This document shows, piece after piece, positions 59,778 to 64,000 of a stretch of DNA of 64,000 nt. The DNA lies in assembly GCA_963724295.1 (NCBI GenBank), contig CAVRUC010000010.1, positions 309,309-373,308 of the forward strand, given 5' to 3'. The translations under genes were made by a program, and so were the position numbers. The notes below the pieces were generated by a model. It did no database searches, had not been told where the DNA came from, and worked only from the letters and a program-made list of their open reading frames with translations. This stretch comes from an uncultured Chloroflexia bacterium (GTDB lineage Bacteria > Chloroflexota > Chloroflexia > Thermomicrobiales > UBA6265). Every line of letters starts with the position of its first letter. Position 1 is the first letter of the stretch.

Positions 59778-60860
59778 CTACTCCTCGACGATAAGGGCGG
59801 TGACCATGCCGAACATGCCGTGCTCGCTCTCGGCGTGGTTGAGGATGTGGCAGTGGAAGGCCCAGATCCCCGGCTCGGTCGCCTCGACGATGGTCTCGAA
59901 GCGCTGGCCGGGCGCGATGTTGAGGGTGTCGCACATGTATGGCTGCGGCGCCAGGTACCCGTCCTGCGCGAAGACGGTCATCGGCATCCCGTGCAGGTGC
60001 ATGGGGTGGATCATCAGACCTTCGTTCATGTAGCGAATGAGGAGCTTCTCGCCCTTCTTCGCCACAAGCGGCTGGGTGGCCGGGAAGCCCTTGCCATTGA
60101 GACTGAAGCCACCAATGGGACCGTCGTTGAGCACCAACGTGTAGTCGCGGTCATAGGCGGGTCGCGTCGATGGATCCTTCGGCTCCACGATGAAGGCGCC
60201 CAGCAGCCCCTTGGTTACCTGGAACGCGGCGTTGTGGTGCGAGTGGTACATGTGGGCGCCGGCGTTTCCCTCCCGGATCGGGAACTCGTAGGTGAAGCTC
60301 TGCCCCGGCTTGATCGGCGGTTGGGTGATGAACGGGACACCGTCCTGGCTGTTCGGCACCATCAATCCGTGCCAGTGCACCGCGGTGCTCTGCGGCAGCT
60401 CATTGGTGACGTGGATGCGGACCTTGTCACCCTCCGTGACCCGGATCTCCGGTCCCGGTGTGACGCCGTTGTAGGTCCACGCCTCGACAAGATTTCCGGG
60501 TGTCACTTCCCACTGCACGACCTGGCAGACGAGATCGAAGACCTTGACGTCGCCGTCCATCGTGAACTCGAGCGGCTGGCCGCCTAACCCCTCCGTGGCC
60601 GCCGGGAAGGCTTTCACGCCCTCCTCGTGCATGGCGTCCATCTCGTCGGCGGTCGGCTCGTCATCGGACTGCGCAGCCGGCGCCGAATTCGCCATCAGGG
60701 CAGCCTCATGGGCATGCCCGGTGTCCGCCGCGGCGCTCGCGATCCCACCCTCGATCCTGACGGCGGGCGCGACCGCGGTTCCGATGGCCCCAAGTCCCAA
60801 AGTCCCCAAGACGGCCATCGCGCCGCGCCGCGTTACCCGTCCCATTACGTCGGTCATCAT
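59778..60860 (-). CDS. two-domain multicopper oxidase, Tat-exported
   Basis: TRRGAM Tat motif; HWH, YHSH, HPMHLH, HCHILNH. Confidence 0.9.
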   Translation of the reverse strand: MMTDVMGRVTRRGAMAVLGTLGLGAIGTAVAPAVRIEGGIASAAADTGHAHEAALMANSAPAAQSDDEPTADEMDAMHEEGVKAFPAATEGLGGQPLEFTMDGDVKVFDLVCQVVQWEVTPGNLVEAWTYNGVTPGPEIRVTEGDKVRIHVTNELPQSTAVHWHGLMVPNSQDGVPFITQPPIKPGQSFTYEFPIREGNAGAHMYHSHHNAAFQVTKGLLGAFIVEPKDPSTRPAYDRDYTLVLNDGPIGGFSLNGKGFPATQPLVAKKGEKLLIRYMNEGLMIHPMHLHGMPMTVFAQDGYLAPQPYMCDTLNIAPGQRFETIVEATEPGIWAFHCHILNHAESEHGMFGMVTALIVEE

Positions 60861-60897
60861 TTCCTCCGTATCCCTATCCCTTGTCAATTCATCGAGT

Positions 60898-60926
60898 GGT
60901 CGGGATCCCGAACCGGGATCCCGACC
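60898..60926. terminator. intercistronic hairpin
   Basis: GGTCGGGATCCCG-AAC-CGGGATCCCGACC. Confidence 0.5.
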
Positions 60927-60943
60927 GAGTCGAGATGTTTGTG

Positions 60944-61795
60944 TTATCTGAGTTGCGGGCGAAGGTTCGCCGCCGCACGGTCCTGCTCGACGAGATCTCC
61001 GCCCAGGAGGGCACCGCGCTGCCAGGGAGTGCCGAGGGCCGGCAGCAGCCAGCGATCGAGGCCCCAGAACCCGGCGACTTTCCAGGCCAGCACCAGGAAG
61101 ACGGCGAGCCCGAAGAGGACCGGGTTGCTCGAGGCGGAACCGGCCAGCATGAAACTGAAGTTCATGACCGTGCCGAAGAAGGCGGCGATGCCGACAAGAG
61201 CGCCGACGAGCAGTCCGAGTCCGACGAGCACCTCGCCCCAGGCGATCAGCTTGGCGAACCAGGTGTACCAGCCGTTGTCGAGCATGTACTGCAGGAACGG
61301 GCGGAACCAGTCGTAGGTGATCGGGGGCCGGCCCTGCTCGGGGATCGCCACCGCCCGCTCCCAATACGACTGCAGCGCCACTCCAGTTTGCGTCCACTCG
61401 GGATCGACGACCTTGTGCCACCCGGCTGAGAGCCAATCGCGGCCGACGAAGAAGCGCATCGGCAGCCAGAAGAGCGCGAAGAAGACGTTGCCCAACAGCA
61501 ACCGCCAACCAACCGGGTCATCGACCTGGCCGCGCGTTAGGGAGGCGCCGGGCTGGCTCAGCGAGACGCCTTCTTCGGGAAGCCTGCTGGCCTGGTACCA
61601 CCCGGCCAGGACGATCACGCCGATGAGGAGATAGGTGATCAGCGGTGAGGAGACCCAATCTTCGCCGTTCCAGAGCGGAGCGCTGAACAGCCCGTCAGCG
61701 AAGATCCAGCTCAAGAGGACGAAGAATGCGACGCTGATAGCGGTCAGCATCCAGGTTCGTTGTCGCGTCATGACAAACGCCCGTTTCCCGTTCAT
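60944..61795 (-). CDS. DoxX/DoxD family membrane protein
   Basis: R..VG..WL.AGWHK, WGE.LVG, MN.SFMLAG..SSNP, AG.WGLDRW. Confidence 0.88.
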   Translation of the reverse strand: MNGKRAFVMTRQRTWMLTAISVAFFVLLSWIFADGLFSAPLWNGEDWVSSPLITYLLIGVIVLAGWYQASRLPEEGVSLSQPGASLTRGQVDDPVGWRLLLGNVFFALFWLPMRFFVGRDWLSAGWHKVVDPEWTQTGVALQSYWERAVAIPEQGRPPITYDWFRPFLQYMLDNGWYTWFAKLIAWGEVLVGLGLLVGALVGIAAFFGTVMNFSFMLAGSASSNPVLFGLAVFLVLAWKVAGFWGLDRWLLPALGTPWQRGALLGGDLVEQDRAAANLRPQLR

Positions 61796-61807
61796 GGCAA
61801 CCTCCTG

Positions 61808-62269
61808 TTACCTAGTGGAGCGCTCCCGCTCCGAATCCCCGTCAAACAACACCCCGCCCCGCCATGGCATGCCAAGCAGCGGCAAAAGCCAGCGATCGAG
61901 ACCGATCCAGCCGGCGGTTTTCCAGGCCAGCACGAGCCAGACGACCGCGGCGAAGAGGAGAGCGACTACCTGAACCCCGGCGGAATCCCACAGCCCGATA
62001 CTGAGGCAGCCACCGACAAAGGCCGCCGGGCCGGTGAGGACACCAAGGATCAGCGCGATCCCGGCGAGGGTCAGCCCAACGGCGAGTGGATCTGCTGGCC
62101 CCGGTGCGCCTTGCAACCGCGACCAGCCTGCTTCCAGCCAGAGCCAGCCCAGCACGACGCGAAGCGCCAACCAGATGGGAGCGAACCGGACATCGGCAAG
62201 GATGTCGCGCAGGAGCGCCGGATTCGGTAGGACCCTCTCCCCTGTCCCGCTCATCTGCTGCCGCTCCAT
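61808..62269 (-). CDS. short DoxX-like membrane protein
   Basis: WLALRVVLGWLWLEAGW, AWKTAGWIGLDRWLLP; paralog of the adjacent gene lacking the periplasmic loop. Confidence 0.8.
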   Translation of the reverse strand: MERQQMSGTGERVLPNPALLRDILADVRFAPIWLALRVVLGWLWLEAGWSRLQGAPGPADPLAVGLTLAGIALILGVLTGPAAFVGGCLSIGLWDSAGVQVVALLFAAVVWLVLAWKTAGWIGLDRWLLPLLGMPWRGGVLFDGDSERERSTR

Positions 62270-62372
62270 CCCGCCTGCTTCCGCTCTACCGACCCTCATT
62301 GGGTCTATGACGAGATTAGGCGAGCCATGGCCGGTCAACCCCGTCGCTCGGGGCGGTTTTTCGGGACGGAAC

Positions 62373-62438
62373 GGGGTAGGTCTGGACCTACCTCAGAGGA
62401 TGGCTGGGATTCGCGGCGCCTACCCGTTGGGGTAGGTC
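62373..62438. promoter_or_regulatory. palindromic/repeated candidate operator upstream of the DoxX-nirK operon
   Basis: GGTAGGTC-TG-GACCTACC; CCTACCC-GTTG-GGGTAGG; GGGGTAGGTC repeated. Confidence 0.5.
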
Positions 62439-62453
62439 AGGAGGACGGGTCGT

Positions 62454-62886
62454 CTATGCGACGACCCGGAAGACGGGATGCTTAGGGGCTTCGGCCAACG
62501 AATGCGGCAAGCGGCGCATCCGGGGCGGCGTCGAAATAGGGCCGGGTGATGGGGACCCGTTCCACGTAGGTCTTGAGGATCGGTGCGGCCGCTTCCGGCG
62601 CAAGTTCCTTCACCCGCACCGTCTCGCAGCGCCGGCCGCGGCTCAGCTCCACCTGTCCAGCAGCCCGGGCGTTGCGCACCCACCCCACCGGCCCATACGG
62701 AGCGACCAGCCAGCGCTGCCCGTTCTCCTCGAGGAGGGTGACCGGGGTCGAGCGAGGGGTGCCGCTCCGGCGACCGGGAACTGTCAGCAGCATCGTCGTG
62801 CGCGGCGCGAGCCCGAGACGCAGCAGCAGGCGCATCAGGAGGTTCGCCATGCGCCGCAGTGGTGTGAGCCGGTAGCTCTTAGCCAT
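62454..62886 (-). CDS. nitroreductase family deazaflavin-dependent oxidoreductase (Ddn-like), +1 frameshift near 62497
   Basis: GRRSG.PR.TP, WVRNARAAG; the expected tail AEAPKHPVFRVVA is in the shifted frame. Confidence 0.85.
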
Positions 62887-62952
62887 AGCGCAACACCCTT
62901 CGCCAGCGACGAACCAAGCCGTTGGCCAGACACCATCCACCTTCTCGGGCGC

Positions 62953-63771
62953 TCACTCCTCCACAGGCATGGGCGCGTCGAGGAAGGCCGGGACCATCGA
63001 TCCCAGCCATTCAGTGCGAGCGATGAGCATCATGTGAGTCGTCCCCGGCAGTACGGCGAGCTGGGCCGGCGGCATAGGCGCGAAGTCGCCCGGCACGCCA
63101 CCGCCGCGCAGGCGGAACAACTCGACGGCGTGCTCGGGGGTGATGATGTCGGCATCCCCGACGATGATCATCGTCGGTGCCGCGATCGCCCGGATGGTCT
63201 CGACCGGCACGGCCTTCGCACTGCGCGTCAAGTCCTGCACCTTCAGGACCAGGGTCGGGAAATCGTCCGGGTTCGGGGCAATGGCGCGGTAGTCCGCCTC
63301 GATCGGGGAGCCGGCAAAGGCTTCCGGGATGAAGGTGGTCTCCAGACCCGCCAGCACCTGGGGATAGATGCCATCGTTGCTGTAGCTGATTGCGCCCACC
63401 AGCTTGCGCACCAACTCGGGGTGCCGGATGGCGAGTTGCCACGCAGCAGCGGCTCCCATGCTGAAGCCGAAGACATCGGCTCGGTCGACTCCCAGCCACT
63501 GGAGGAAGGCGGCGGCATCGTCGGCGAGCTGCTCGTAGCGCAACGGGCGGTCGATATCGGCCGTGCGCCCGTGGGCCTGCTGATCGACGGCGATGATCTG
63601 GCGTCCCGCGGACAGGGCCGGCAGCAGCGGCCGGAACATCTCGAGCGAGCCCATCGAGCCGTGTAGCAGGAGGAGTGGCACGCCGCCTTCGCCGTGGATC
63701 TCGTAATACATCTCGAGGCCGTTCACAGGGGCGTAGCCACTTGCGGCGAGCGCCGGGACCGTATCGGTCAT
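62953..63771 (-). CDS. alpha/beta fold hydrolase
   Basis: LLLHG, GFSMG, GDAD, PGTTH. Confidence 0.92.
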   Translation of the reverse strand: MTDTVPALAASGYAPVNGLEMYYEIHGEGGVPLLLLHGSMGSLEMFRPLLPALSAGRQIIAVDQQAHGRTADIDRPLRYEQLADDAAAFLQWLGVDRADVFGFSMGAAAAWQLAIRHPELVRKLVGAISYSNDGIYPQVLAGLETTFIPEAFAGSPIEADYRAIAPNPDDFPTLVLKVQDLTRSAKAVPVETIRAIAAPTMIIVGDADIITPEHAVELFRLRGGGVPGDFAPMPPAQLAVLPGTTHMMLIARTEWLGSMVPAFLDAPMPVEE

Positions 63772-64000
63772 CGCGGCTCCGTCCTGCCTGAGTCGAAGCG
63801 TGACCCCGGTCGCGACGTCGTTTTCTTGGCACTGCCGTCGCGTCAGGTCGCTGCCCATTTCCGAACCTCCAGTCGGCCCCGTCCTCCTCAGTTTTCTCTG
63901 GTCTCTTCGCTCTTACCGCACCGCGTTTCCGGGCCCTTCAGCCCAGAGCATCCCGGATTCAAGGACCGGGTTAGCCTGAGTCATGCCCAATCGCATGTCG

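Noticed and set aside
60861..61508. Long N-terminal extension of the multicopper oxidase
   Set aside because: It overlaps the DoxX gene out of frame; the RBS and Tat signal point to 60860.

Overview
High-GC bacterial chromosomal window. Gene content (F420-dependent LLM/Ddn enzymes, a 'QDATP'-type secreted protein, Tat copper oxidases, GT-C glycosyltransferases) suggests Chloroflexota/Thermomicrobiales; this is an inference. Core genes include sucA (runs off the left edge), nuoL-M-N, a polyprenyl synthase, thrC and rhaB/rhaM. There are also two orphan histidine kinases, a Doc/Fic toxin module, a NiCoT/Fur pair and a DoxX-DoxX-multicopper oxidase-nirK-VIT1-cupin operon. The most notable features are non-coding or structural. 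(1) A TIGR03086-like gene is split in frame by a 4,844-bp insertion bounded by a 10-bp direct repeat (ACGACGTGGT, 22721 and 27565). The insertion encodes no recombinase but carries several 11-6-11 dif-like sites between its cargo genes and a Tn3-type res-like site. (2) A second junction with the same CCACGT core joins a truncated cupin copy to serine-recombinase tails. (3) Two diverged copies of a promoter-driven structured RNA candidate lie at ~35.2 kb and ~42.8 kb. (4) An 8-nt-periodic intergenic palindrome family is abundant. Four apparent +1 frameshifts may be sequencing errors. No rRNA, tRNA or CRISPR array was seen.
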